Origin: Calditrichia bacterium
GTDB lineage: Bacteria > Calditrichota > Calditrichia > JAJRVZ01
Assembly (NCBI GenBank): GCA_963796965.1
Contig: CAWCNS010000007.1
Span: forward strand, 576,001-640,000
Direction of reading: 5' to 3'
DNA: 64,000 nucleotides
Shown piece after piece: positions 10,315 through 21,336 of the stretch. The notes under the pieces are model-generated. The model saw only the letters and a list, made by a program, of their open reading frames with translations. It was not told where the DNA came from and searched no databases. Position 1 is the first letter of the stretch, and each line of letters opens with the position of its first letter. A program made the position numbers and the translations under genes.

Positions 10315-13300
10315 TCAGGAGATGTTGCCAACAAATTCGATTGTTGTCCCGGTTTTAAAATCAGAATGGATAGATAGCGTACCACCGATTCGGCCAGCTC
10401 TTTCTTTCATATTCCTCAATCCATCCCCTAATGTTACATTCTCAATGATCAAATCCCTGACCATTATCGGTTAATTGTAAGGTAAGCTGTTTGCCTTTTA
10501 ATGACGCATTCAATGTGATATCAGTTCCCTTGCTGTATTTGACACTATTATTAATAGCTTCATGAAATATCATAAAAGAGCTGCTGACGATGCTCCATCT
10601 TTAATCGCACCTTTTTCAGCGAATCGAGATTCTGGGTTTTAAATTGAATATCCGTGTCATTAAGAAGTTCAGTATACGTATCACCTAATCGGGATATTAA
10701 GTCGAATAATGAATCTCTTTTTGGATTTACCAACCAGACAATATTACTCATGCTGTCGATTAAACCACGCGCTGTATTACTAATTTTTTGTAATTCGATA
10801 TCCACGTGTTGTTTAGATTGATCGGGAAGTTTTTGTGTTATCACCTCACCCATTATAGATATTTCTGTCAATCCGGCACCAATATCATCATGCAAATCTG
10901 CGGCAATTTTGCTTCTCAATCGTTCAATTGCCAATAGTTGCTTTACGCGATTGGTTATAATAAAAGTGATTCCACCTCCAGTAGCCAGAATGAGGAACAA
11001 CAGAAACCACCAGGTTTTCCAAAATGGCGGCGTGATTATAATCTTTACAGCAGTTTCTTTTTCATTCCAGACACCATCTCCATTTGTCCCCTTTACTCTA
11101 AAAATATATGTACCCCCATCCAGCTGCGTATAACCAGCGAATCGGCGGGTACCCGAATTTACCCAACCCGGATCCAGACCTTCCAGCATATAGGCATATC
11201 GGTTACGTTCCGGCTTAGAAAAATCAAGCGAAGCAAAATCAAAAGAAAAATAGTTGTCTTTATATGATAATGTAATTTCTTCAATGTCAGTGAGGGATTG
11301 ATCCAGTTTTGCCGGTTTATCAAAAATATAAAATCCGGTCAGGACAACCGGGGCCATGTAGGGACTATCATATAGGCTATCCGGATAAAATTCCGTTGCC
11401 CCATCCACGCCACCAAATATCATACTTCCTTCTTCGGTTTTCAGATAGGCGCCAGTGTTAAATTCATTGCTTTGAAGCCCATCCCGGGTATCATAATTTT
11501 TAACGATACCCTTCTCCAAATCAATATGAGCTAAACCATTGTTTGTACTGCACCAGATGTGTCCCTCTGCATCTTCCAGAATACCATAGATGATGTCATT
11601 TGGCAGACCATCTTTTATCAGATAGCGCCTGAATACGGGCTGATTACGATGATTTTTTTCCAAACGATTTAATCCCAGCATCGTTCCAAACCACAGATCC
11701 CCGTTTTCAGATTCATGAACTGATAAGACATAATCATTACTCAAGGAATTTTTATTGGCAGGATCGTGAAAATAGTGGCTAAAATGAGGCTGCGAGAATC
11801 TCAATTTATTTGTCTTTTGCGATACAGATGAAAATAAAATTTTGTTTAAACCATGAGATGTTGCCACCCAATAGACTCCATCACTGTCCTGAAAGATCGA
11901 AATCACATTATTATCACTCAGGCTATTCGCATTTCCGGGATGGTTGATGAAGTTAATAAAAGTATCAGAGCCCGGATCGTAAAGATCAAGCCCGCCACCC
12001 CAGGTTCCGATCCAAATATTACCTGAATGATCTTCGTAAATGGTACGAACATTGTTATGGCTGATTGACCCTGGATAATCCGGATCATGTTTAAACCGTG
12101 TAAATTCTTGAGATTTCTTATCGAATCGATTGATACCTGCATCCTGCGTAGCAATCCAGATAATACCATTTTGATCCTCAATGACAGACCTGAGATTATT
12201 ACTCCCAATACTATTTGGGTCTGTTGCATCAAAATTATAGTGACTGAATTTACCCGTCGCACGATTAAACCGGTTTAACCCTCCATTATGTGTAGCAAAC
12301 CATAAATAACCATTTGAACTCTCGGAGATTGACCAGACAATTGAGTGACTCAGGCTGTTTTTATCACCTGGATAGCTTCGATACTGAAGGAATCTGGCCG
12401 TGCCGGGATCGAATAAATTTACCCCCCCACCGAGGGTTCCGATCCATATTAAGCCACTTCTATCCTCATATATCGTGCGAATGCTGTTGCTGCTCAGGCT
12501 ATGAGGATTCAATTCATTGTGTGAATAGGTTTTAAATGAGTTATTAGATCTGTCAAGTAGTATGGCTCCCTCTTTTTGAGATGCAATCCAGATGCTACCT
12601 TTATCATCCTCACATACGGCATGGATATTATTCGTACCAATACTCTCAGGATCATTCTCTTCATGTAAATATTGAGTAATATTTTTTGTACGGGGATTAT
12701 AACTGTTTAAACCATTAAGGGTAGAAATCCATAAAATACCATTACGATCTTCAAAAATATGTCGTATACTATGATTACTAATACGTCTGGATATCTTCTC
12801 ATTTTTCCCAATCTGAGAAAATTCACCTGTTATTTGATTATAGAAGTATAATCCTTTGCCGGTGCCAATCCAGAGGTTATTTTCAGAATCAGGGTAGATA
12901 TGTCTGATATTAAGGCCAGCCAATATTTTTAAAATCTTCGGATCATTTATTCGTTTTTCAAAAATACCAGTACGCAAATTAAAACTATTGATTCCGCCAT
13001 TCCTGGTGCCAATCCACAGATATCCCAGTTTATCTGCAGAGATGGAACGTATTTTATTGCTGCTTAATCCTGAATCAACCGCTGGATTATGAAGATAGCG
13101 TGTAAACCTATTTGTCTTATGATCATAACGGTTTAAACCGCCATTAAATGTACCAACCCATAGATATCCTTCGTAATCTTCATACAGACACCAGATATTG
13201 TTATTAGAAATTGATGTTGAATCACCCGGATCATGTTTATAAATATTAAACTGATACCCATCATATCGATTTAATCCATCCTCGGTACCAAACCACATAA

Positions 13301-13442
13301 ATCCAGATCGGTCCTGTAGAATGGTTTCTACAGTTGATTGAGACAATCCTTGTTCAATTGATATTCTTTTAAAGCGAAGATCACTCTGAGCAAAAGTGAG
13401 TTGTAGTAAAAATAGTATTAGAATGAAAGATTTCTTAATCAT
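10315..13442 (-). CDS. Beta-propeller (Reg_prop/Y_Y_Y) sensor histidine kinase, HisKA_3 type; frameshift near 10570
   Basis: Repeated LWIGT..GGLN; YMLEGLD; PPFWKTWWF TM; IAADLHDDIG; second frame gives EAINNSVKY, DNGQGF, GDGLRNMKERA, stop at 10315. Confidence 0.92.
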
Positions 13443-13514
13443 AGGCAAATCTTTATCTTTACTTTAATATATGAGTGATAAACCAGATCTAAGACCCTCG
13501 ATTTTCTTGGCGGG

Positions 13515-14037
13515 CTCTGCGCTCGCTGCGCCGGTGCGTGGAAAAGACCTCACCCCTCAATCCCCTCTCCTGAAAGGCGAGGGGAAGTAGATTCATAATT
13601 CTCTGCGGTCTCTGTGTATAAAAAAGTTGTCACACGAAGCACACAAAGTCGACACGAAAACCACGAAGAAAATATAGTATTAATATTTCAAATGATTTAA
13701 TAGTGTTTTTAGAAACTTTATTCTAACTCTTGCACCATAATAAAATCCTAAAGAATGTTTCTCTGCGCTCGCTGCGACCGCTGCGTGAAAAAGACCTCAC
13801 CCCTCAATCCCCTCTCCTGAAAGGCGAGGGGAAGTAGATTCATAATTCTCTGCGGTCTCTGTGTATAAAAAAGTTGTCACACGAAGCACACAAAGTCGAC
13901 ACGAAAACCACGAAGAAAATATAGCATTTGTATTTCAAATGATTTAATAGTGTTTTTAGAAACTTTATTCTAACTCTTGCACCATATAAAATCCTAAAAA
14001 TGTTCTCTGCGCTCGCTGCGCCGCTGCGTGAAAAAGA
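13515..14037. repeat. Tandem duplication of a ~245-bp intergenic repeat mosaic
   Basis: Units 13515-13760 and 13761-14004 nearly identical; a third unit starts at 14005. Confidence 0.92.
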
Positions 14038-14089
14038 GTTAAACAAAAAGCACAAAAAGACATTTCAGAAACGTTGCCTGTCCGGCGAC

Positions 14090-15328
14090 TTACCATCCAG
14101 GATCAATTAAACCATAATGCCGGCCAAACCAGTAATTCCGAACCATTGCCGAGGCAATACCTTCTTGTTCAGAGTTTACGATTTTATAGCCATCCCCCGT
14201 TGGAATTTTGAATTCTTTTTCCTGGCGGTCAAATCCCCACATATCCTTAATGACACTGACATATTTTTCTGTCATAATATCCTCATGACTAAGCACCTGA
14301 TAAACCATAATAAACCATATATCGTCTTCAAAACTAAAATCATGGTTCTGCCAATCATACCAATGCCGGTTTAGATTCATTTTATACTTAATTAATAAGG
14401 ATCTGTCATCTTCATAGCGCATTAACATGTAAAGAGACCGTGCGGCATGATAATCATCGCCCTTATTTCGCCATTCTTCAGGCCATAGTATTTTTGACAA
14501 AATTTGATGATCATCATAGTGATAGCGATCGATAAGCATATGATAGGCAGCATGGTAACGATCTTTCCCCGTAATACGATGAGCGACTTTTAAACCCATG
14601 AGCATTTCAAGTGAATTGAGGGCCTGATGTGGCAGATCGGGACAGAAATTGCCCCATAATGTCATTTTTCCGTCCAGATCAACCAGTTTAAAGTTATTAT
14701 CAATGATACGTCCCATAAAACGGTCCAGGAATTCGGCTGCTTTCTTTTTATACTCTTCATCTGCGCAGAATTCCCAATACGTGCCGACACCGTAAAAGAT
14801 GGAAGTAAACTTATCTGCGCTTAGATCACCCAACCAGCGATAGCCCGGAAGAGATGATGAATAATGCCATTCGTCATACCAATACACTTTTTCATGCCAT
14901 AAAGGTTTGTCGGTTTGATTAAAACTTCGTGCGACTAATCCCGGAACACCGGTTACTTTTTCTAACTTTACAATGCCTTCAAATATCTGGTTGGCAATAT
15001 CCCGGACCTCTGCGTCCTTTGTTACATGATATTTATGCGAATAGGCAGCGAGCATTTCCGATGTAGGGTCCAGACAATCCGCCTGAGATCCAATTATAGG
15101 ACGATCCAGTCCAGCTGGTGGGAATATCACATGTTGCATGATTGTGCCTTCATTCCAATGATTCCCAAGAATTAATTTATTAAACATGTCCACCTTAACA
15201 TGTAACGGGTCTGATTTTTGTGGGAAATCATTAACTTTCTGAGCAAAAATTTGTTGGCCAAACAAGAAACTGAATATAATTATATGCCAAAGATTAATTC
15301 TTTTAGTCAAAATTCCTCCTCGATACAT
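14090..15328 (-). CDS. Secreted hypothetical protein (possibly alpha/alpha-barrel enzyme)
   Basis: 412-aa ORF with signal peptide, Trp/Tyr/His-rich, PGLVARS and WLGDLSAD motifs; fold is inference only. Confidence 0.7.
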   Translation of the reverse strand: MYRGGILTKRINLWHIIIFSFLFGQQIFAQKVNDFPQKSDPLHVKVDMFNKLILGNHWNEGTIMQHVIFPPAGLDRPIIGSQADCLDPTSEMLAAYSHKYHVTKDAEVRDIANQIFEGIVKLEKVTGVPGLVARSFNQTDKPLWHEKVYWYDEWHYSSSLPGYRWLGDLSADKFTSIFYGVGTYWEFCADEEYKKKAAEFLDRFMGRIIDNNFKLVDLDGKMTLWGNFCPDLPHQALNSLEMLMGLKVAHRITGKDRYHAAYHMLIDRYHYDDHQILSKILWPEEWRNKGDDYHAARSLYMLMRYEDDRSLLIKYKMNLNRHWYDWQNHDFSFEDDIWFIMVYQVLSHEDIMTEKYVSVIKDMWGFDRQEKEFKIPTGDGYKIVNSEQEGIASAMVRNYWFGRHYGLIDPGW

Positions 15329-15339
15329 TCAAATACTAT

Positions 15340-16056
15340 TTAATCAACATCTTTAACACATCGAAATCCAACCGGATAACGCCCGGTTGTATTGGGTGGA
15401 ACATAATAGCGCTGGGATGTTCGAACAAAAGAGTGGTTATTAAAATTTGAACCTCCCCGCATGACTTTATACGTTTCACCATATTGTTTCATAGGCACTT
15501 CATTGCCATCATAAGGCTTGTACCAGTCTGCAGTCCACTCCCAGACACCACCGGCCATATCAACACATCCATAAGGACTTTCCGGCTTTGCGATAGCACT
15601 TCCGCGTGGATGACTTTGGTCCCATACGACAAACGTTTCGTCATAGGTATTCCCCCAGGGAAATATACGACCATCTATACCACGGGCTGCTTTTTCCCAC
15701 TCTTTTTCAGTGGGCAATCTTTTATCAGCCCAATTTGCATAGGCATTTGCCTGCTCCCAGGTTACAATAACCGGATTATTTTCCTTCCCCTCAGGATATT
15801 TAAAATCCGGATCGAATTGAATATATTCAGAATTACTGACTTCGTATTTATCGACAAAGAAGGCATTGGTATGGGCGATATGTCTCGGCCTTTCATCGGG
15901 ATCACCATATACACTACCCATTATAAAACTCCCCTCGGGTACATACAGCATACCTTCAGGAGGCTTAGGAAGGTCATTTACTGGCTCTCCTGCAAAGACA
16001 ACCATAATAGATATAGATATTAGAAAAAATAGTGCTTTCATTCTTTGAATCTCCAA
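15340..16056 (-). CDS. Formylglycine-generating-enzyme (SUMF1/EgtB/PvdO) domain protein
   Basis: FIMGS, DKYEVSN, KRLPTEKEWEKAARG, DMAGGVWEW, RGGS, GFRC. Confidence 0.9.
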   Translation of the reverse strand: MEIQRMKALFFLISISIMVVFAGEPVNDLPKPPEGMLYVPEGSFIMGSVYGDPDERPRHIAHTNAFFVDKYEVSNSEYIQFDPDFKYPEGKENNPVIVTWEQANAYANWADKRLPTEKEWEKAARGIDGRIFPWGNTYDETFVVWDQSHPRGSAIAKPESPYGCVDMAGGVWEWTADWYKPYDGNEVPMKQYGETYKVMRGGSNFNNHSFVRTSQRYYVPPNTTGRYPVGFRCVKDVD

Positions 16057-16165
16057 TTAATTAACCTGATAAAATAATAAATCAATATAAAAAAACACTG
16101 CGGCTTAGCGTCGCTGCGTGAAATAAAACTAAACACCAGAGCACCTGGAGAATAAACTGGGCTAC

Positions 16166-17734
16166 TTATTGAACTGGTTTACTATCCTGGGTCCATATGG
16201 TTAAGTTGGTCAGATCCTGCTTCTTCGCCGGTAATAAAGCAGCAGTTAGAAAACCAACCGTAAACATAATAATATTTCCGATAATACTGGTATAATATAA
16301 ATCAAATGGTACTGTTAGGTAGGCGGGTAAAAGATTGTTTCCGGAAAGTACCGACCATAGCGTAAATAAAAAACTAAACGTCAGCCCTGTCCATACGGCT
16401 TTTGCATCTCCAATCGTTGTAAAGAAACCGAATAAATATAACCCTAATCTTCCGGAAATGATAATTGAAGCAAGTACCAGGGCGGTGTGTTCCAGTGTTT
16501 TTGTTTCCGTGACAGAGAGTAATAATGCACCGCCTATCATCACAACCCCCGCTAGCAGAGCAAGAATCCGTGCTAATTTTAAATAATAAACATCCTCTCT
16601 CCCCTTTAGAATATGTGGCCTGAAAAAATCAACCGTTAATACCGTTGATATGGCATTTATAATCGAATCAAGTGAAGACATGGCCGCGGCCAATGCGGCG
16701 GCGATAACCAGACCAGAGATACCCGCAGGCAGATAATTTATTATGAAATAGGGTAAAATATGTTCAGCCTTCATCTCTCCTGATAGCATGGCCGCTGATT
16801 CCGGTGTGGGAGAATGCTGAAAAAACACAAAAAGACTGGTACCCAGAAACATAAAGAAGGCCCAGATGGGCAGACTGGCCAGAACAACCCACAACATCCC
16901 TTTTCTGGCCTCTTTTATACTTTTTGAAGCACAATAACGCTGGATGGTAGCCTGTTCACTGCTATACATGGTTAACCATATCGTCAATCCAAACAAAAGC
17001 ATCATACTGCCTGTTTTTTTACTGAGAGACAATTCCCAGGAAATCGGAATCAATTCGCCATTAACCAACTCTGAAAAGGATAGTTTACCTTGCGCAAGGG
17101 CATCATTAAAGATCTGCTCAAATCCCCCGGGGAGATAATACACGACCACAGCAAGACAAAGTAAAGCCCCACCCACCAAAACAATGGTTTGGATAACATC
17201 GGTCCAGATTACAGCATCGATACCGCCAAGAACGGTGTAGAAGGTAACAAAAACACCGGCAATAATGATACATAGGGGAAGGCTCAAACTGGTGACCTGA
17301 TTAAAGAGAATTGAAACAAGATAGAGCATGATGCTGATCCTGATCAATCCGCGAATGATATACGAAGCCGAACCATAGAGACGAACAGAGACACCAAATC
17401 TACCTTCCAGATATTCATAAGCAGAGGTAATTTTCCCTCTTCTAAAAAATTTCAGAAAAAAGTAGGCGGCGATAAGGACAGCTAAAGGCATTAACAGATT
17501 GGGCAGAAACCTGATCCAGGACGTCTTAAAAGCATCAGCTGGATAAGCGAGAAAGGTAACAGAACTTATACCTGTTCCCACAAGACTTAATCCAATCACC
17601 CATCCGGGAAAAGAACGACCACCGACGAAATATTCCTCTGTACTTTTATTTTTACGGGAAAAATAAACCCCTATCAAGGCTGTCCCACCCAGGTATCCGA
17701 TGATTGCCAGAATATCCAGAAAATGTAACTTCAA
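16166..17734 (-). CDS. Sodium:solute symporter (SiaT/NanT-like subgroup)
   Basis: EEYFVGGR, SAYEYLEGRFG, GGIDAVIWTDVIQ, AAAMSSLDS; many TM helices. Confidence 0.92.
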   Translation of the reverse strand: MKLHFLDILAIIGYLGGTALIGVYFSRKNKSTEEYFVGGRSFPGWVIGLSLVGTGISSVTFLAYPADAFKTSWIRFLPNLLMPLAVLIAAYFFLKFFRRGKITSAYEYLEGRFGVSVRLYGSASYIIRGLIRISIMLYLVSILFNQVTSLSLPLCIIIAGVFVTFYTVLGGIDAVIWTDVIQTIVLVGGALLCLAVVVYYLPGGFEQIFNDALAQGKLSFSELVNGELIPISWELSLSKKTGSMMLLFGLTIWLTMYSSEQATIQRYCASKSIKEARKGMLWVVLASLPIWAFFMFLGTSLFVFFQHSPTPESAAMLSGEMKAEHILPYFIINYLPAGISGLVIAAALAAAMSSLDSIINAISTVLTVDFFRPHILKGREDVYYLKLARILALLAGVVMIGGALLLSVTETKTLEHTALVLASIIISGRLGLYLFGFFTTIGDAKAVWTGLTFSFLFTLWSVLSGNNLLPAYLTVPFDLYYTSIIGNIIMFTVGFLTAALLPAKKQDLTNLTIWTQDSKPVQ

Positions 17735-17778
17735 AAAGACTCCTCATCATTGAACAAATGGTATTATCTTAAAAAAGA

Positions 17779-18023
17779 TAACCACAAAGGACACAATGAA
17801 GGCACAGAGGACACAGAGAATAAATAATTCTATTTTTTCAACTGCGGTTAATATAGATCGTTGGTATTGACTATAAATTGACAATAAGCGAGATCTAAAA
17901 CCCTAATATTTTCTCTGCGCTCTCTGCGGCTCTGCGTGAGAAAAGACTAAACACAAAGCACAATAAAAAACTTTTTATTAATACTTTGTGATCTTAGTGC
18001 ATTCTTTGTGCCCTTTGTGGTTA
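17779..18023 (+). repeat. Composite ~245-bp palindromic element with conserved core (reference copy)
   Basis: TAACCACAAAG... and ...CTTTGTGGTTA termini; core TTTTTTCAACTGCGGTTAATATAGATCGTTGGTATTGACTATAAATTGACAATAAGCGAGATCTAAAACCCTAAT. Confidence 0.9.
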
Positions 18024-18083
18024 TCTTTTATTTTTATCTTCTTTCTTCTATCTTTTTCCAAAATTTGCCGGAATTTCTCCTTC

Positions 18084-18946
18084 TTATTTAGAACTATTAC
18101 CGCTACTGTTTTCAATCCTTGAAATAAATTCCATGATGGAATTACCTACCTTTTCAGGTTCCTCTAAGGGTAATTTATGTGATGCATTTTTGATCCATAC
18201 GACAGAAATATTTGGTCGGTCAGGAATAAAAAGTTGCTCATGAGAGGCAGGCTCTCTGCCCCTGTCACCATATAATTCTAATATTGGCAATGTTGTATTT
18301 TCAAGAAATGCGACACCCTTTTCCCATTTGCGCCAAATTTTAGCAAAATCTCCCCTTTGTTCATCGGTCCAATGTCCTGCACCACGTCGCCGGGCTTCTT
18401 GCTTTTTTTTCTTCTCTTCTGGTGTCAAGGTACTCGTCATATCGGCATCAAAAGCCTCTCGGGAGACACGCCAATGTGTCCAGCCCTCAATAGATATAAC
18501 GCCTCTCACATATTCGGCCAGCAGCGGCCAACCTCTTTGGCAATCATCCCCCCAATGCTATGCCCTCCCACATAAAACTGATTTACTCTTTCCTTATCAG
18601 CCACAATCATAACATCTTCTGCCAACAGCTCTATCGTACCATCCACTGGCGGGGGCCAACTCTTTCCATGCCCGCGAACTTCAACAAGAATCAGATTTAT
18701 ATCTTTATCTAATAAGGGAACAATTGTTTCCCACTGGCTGACATCAGAGAAACTGCCCGGAATTAGAACGAGTGTTGGGCCTTCACCGGGACGGACCACA
18801 TAAGATAGTCTGACCTCTCTTTGCTCAACTATCTTTCTGACCATTCCATTGTTTTCAATAAAGGAATAATCACCCCTTTCTTCATGAGAACAAGATGTAC
18901 AGAAAATGGAAGATATTAAAATAAATATAGATAAAAATATTTTCAT
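18084..18946 (-). CDS. Alpha/beta hydrolase lipoprotein; frameshift near 18508
   Basis: LVLIPG, RGHGKS, nucleophile GHSIGG, ASHKLPLEEPE; ORFs 18506-18991 and 18084-18509. Confidence 0.85.
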
Positions 18947-18999
18947 TAATTCCTCTGTATTATTTAAGAGAAAAATTGTATCACGAGGCACACATCCAG

Positions 19000-19120
19000 G
19001 ACCTCACCCCTTGCCCCTCTCCTGTTGAAAATCCCGTTATGGGAAAAGGCGAGGGGAAGAAAACAATTACCTCCCCCTCTTTCCCCCTCCTTAGTAAGGA
19101 GGGGGTTTTGGGGGAGGTCA
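19000..19120. repeat. CCTCACCCC..CCCCTCTCC..GGxGAGGGG-type hairpin repeats
   Basis: Two GC-rich hairpins; the same family occurs near 13546, 13793, 32940 and 52901. Confidence 0.75.
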
Positions 19121-19171
19121 ATCACAAATATATTCTCTGCGTTCTTTGCGCTCTCTGTGTAAAAAAAAAGA

Positions 19172-19607
19172 TAAACACAAAGCCCACAAAGAAGGCATAA
19201 AGTACACAAAGAAAAAATAATTCAATTTTTTCAACTGCGGTTAATATAGATCGTTGGTATTGACTATAAATTGACAATAAGCGAGATCTAAAACCCTAAT
19301 ATTTTCTCTGCGCTCTTTGCGCTCTCTGCGGCTCTGCGTGAAAGGAACTAAACACTAACCAGAAAAAACAGTATCACGAAGAACCCGAAGAAGTCACGAA
19401 GCCCTCGAAAATATCTGATTACTTCAATACTTATTACATAAAGCATTTTTAGAAAAATACAACTTAGAAATAGCACAATTTAAAACCCTAATTATTTTTC
19501 TCTGCGTCTTTGCGGCTCTGCGAGAAAAAGACTAAACACTAAGCACAATAAAAAACTTTTATAAATACTTTGTGATCTTTGTGCCTTCTTTGTGTCCTTT
19601 GTGGTTA
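19172..19607 (+). repeat. Composite element carrying an extra ~190-bp internal module
   Basis: Core matches the 17.8-kb copy; extra CACGAAG module with AT stretch about 19350-19540. Confidence 0.85.
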
Positions 19608-19618
19608 TCTTCTATCTT

Positions 19619-20818
19619 CTATCTTTTTCCTGATTTTGCCGGCATTTCTAAGTTATCAAGATCACTGATTTTGATCTTTAACACCTCAACAGACTGTTTT
19701 TTTCCTGAAAATGCAATTAGCAGATATCCCTCATGTTCAATCACATGGGGATAATCCACCCAGCGTCCCCCAACAAGATAGCCCATTTTATTAAAAACCA
19801 TGCCATCCTCACTTATGGACAAAACCAGGGGATCTCTCTTTTTGGGATTGGCATTGGAAACGAGGATATAACGCCCATCACTCAATTGAAGACCATTAAA
19901 TTTCGACCGGGCATCAGGAAAATCCGTGCGCACCGGCTTGCTCCATGTTCGTCCATTATCACTGGAGAAAGCACGATAGAGATAGCCGCTTTTGGCATTA
20001 TCCCGGAAGAGAGCTAACAAATTCTGATCAGGTAACACCCACCAGTAAGGTTCTTCTGCAAGGAGCTCTCCATGAGCATGATCTACCACAGGATGCGTCT
20101 CCCATTGATCAAACCCCTTAATTCCACCGGTAAGCATAAAGACATTGCGGTCATGGGTACGGCGGGTCATCATCCATTCACCCGTAGGCAGTAATTTTGG
20201 TGGGAAATTGTTGATCGTATTATCGTAGGCAACACCCAGATCTTCCCAGACGCCATTTTCAGGATTTAGTCGGAAAGCATGAAGTTCTAAACTTTCACCA
20301 AAAAATTTATTCGCTTCATCCAAAGATGCCAGAGCCAGCAGTTCACCATCCCTTTGCCAAAATCCACGGGAAATATAGCGATAGCCATCATCAGATCGGG
20401 TATTATAAACAGGAGAATCAAGTCCGGATTTTGGTGGAAAATCCGTCATATATTTTTTGTCACTCCAGACAAGCCATCAGGGCTCGTGGCATAGGCCACA
20501 CGCTGCCCTACCCGGTCTTCCACCCCGGGGCCATCACTCCACATAAGCCAAAATTTTCCATCATGGTGCACAAGATAGTTATGTTGATTTACCCCATTCC
20601 ACGGCTTTGCATCACTAACCACCACATGTGTGGAGGGATTTTAGGTAGGTTGTCAAAATCAATTTGATGTGGATCTTCAGGGACCCAGTCCCCAACAAGC
20701 ATAACCGGCGAATCGGTATTTTAACCGGATGGGGATAATTTGCGATCTTTGGTTTAGAGGTGCATGATAAAATATGAAGCGATACCAGGATAATAATTAT
20801 TAAGTAAAATAACTTCAA
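19619..20818 (-). CDS. BNR/Asp-box exo-alpha-sialidase-like lipoprotein; frameshifts at 20.45-20.75 kb
   Basis: TTG start with GGAGGA RBS, lipobox ILSC; SSDNGRTWS Asp-box, RDPLVLSISEDG, DYPHVIE. Confidence 0.75.
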
Positions 20819-20939
20819 AATCTTAATTCCTCCTATTATTCGTAATGTTTGGAAATAGTTTTCTACCACAGAGCACATTAAGAACTTAGGGCTCGCCCTC
20901 CGAGTCTGCTCCGTTTTACAGGGTCAAATTTAAAAAGCC

Positions 20940-21191
20940 TACCACAAAGTCCACAAAGAATGCACAAAGATCACAAAGATTTTATAAAAATTTTGTTTTG
21001 TGCTTAGTGTTTAGTTTTTTCTAACGCAAAGACGCAACGACCGCAAAGTACGCAAATGGAATACCTAGGATTTATAGATCTCGCTTATTGTCAATTTATA
21101 GTCAATACCAACGATCTATATTAACCGCAGTTGAAAAAATAGAATTATTTTTTTTGTGTACTTTGTGCCTTCTTTGTGTCCTTTGTGGTTA
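20940..21191 (-). repeat. Composite ~250-bp palindromic element
   Basis: Same orientation and left flank (CCGTTTTAC..AAATTTAAAAAG) as the 7312 copy. Confidence 0.9.
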
Positions 21192-21336
21192 TCTTCTATC
21201 TTTTATCTTTTTACAAATTTTGCCGGCATTTCTACGTTTAACAGATACATCGAATTTTTCACCCTATCCAGTATCAAAAATCCAGTATGGTTGATTTATC
21301 CTGTCAATTTTTTATTTTCTTGAGTAGCATATGATA

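Noticed and set aside
17867..17909. Sigma-70 promoter inside the repeat core (TTGACT/TTGACA)
   Set aside because: No -10 box at 16-18 bp spacing.
18964..19209. Short Cys/Leu-rich ORFs over repeats (also 1459-1725, 13840-14055, 21088-21294, 23658-23900, 34755-35003)
   Set aside because: These are translations of palindromic repeat modules (LCVLCAL patterns), not credible proteins.
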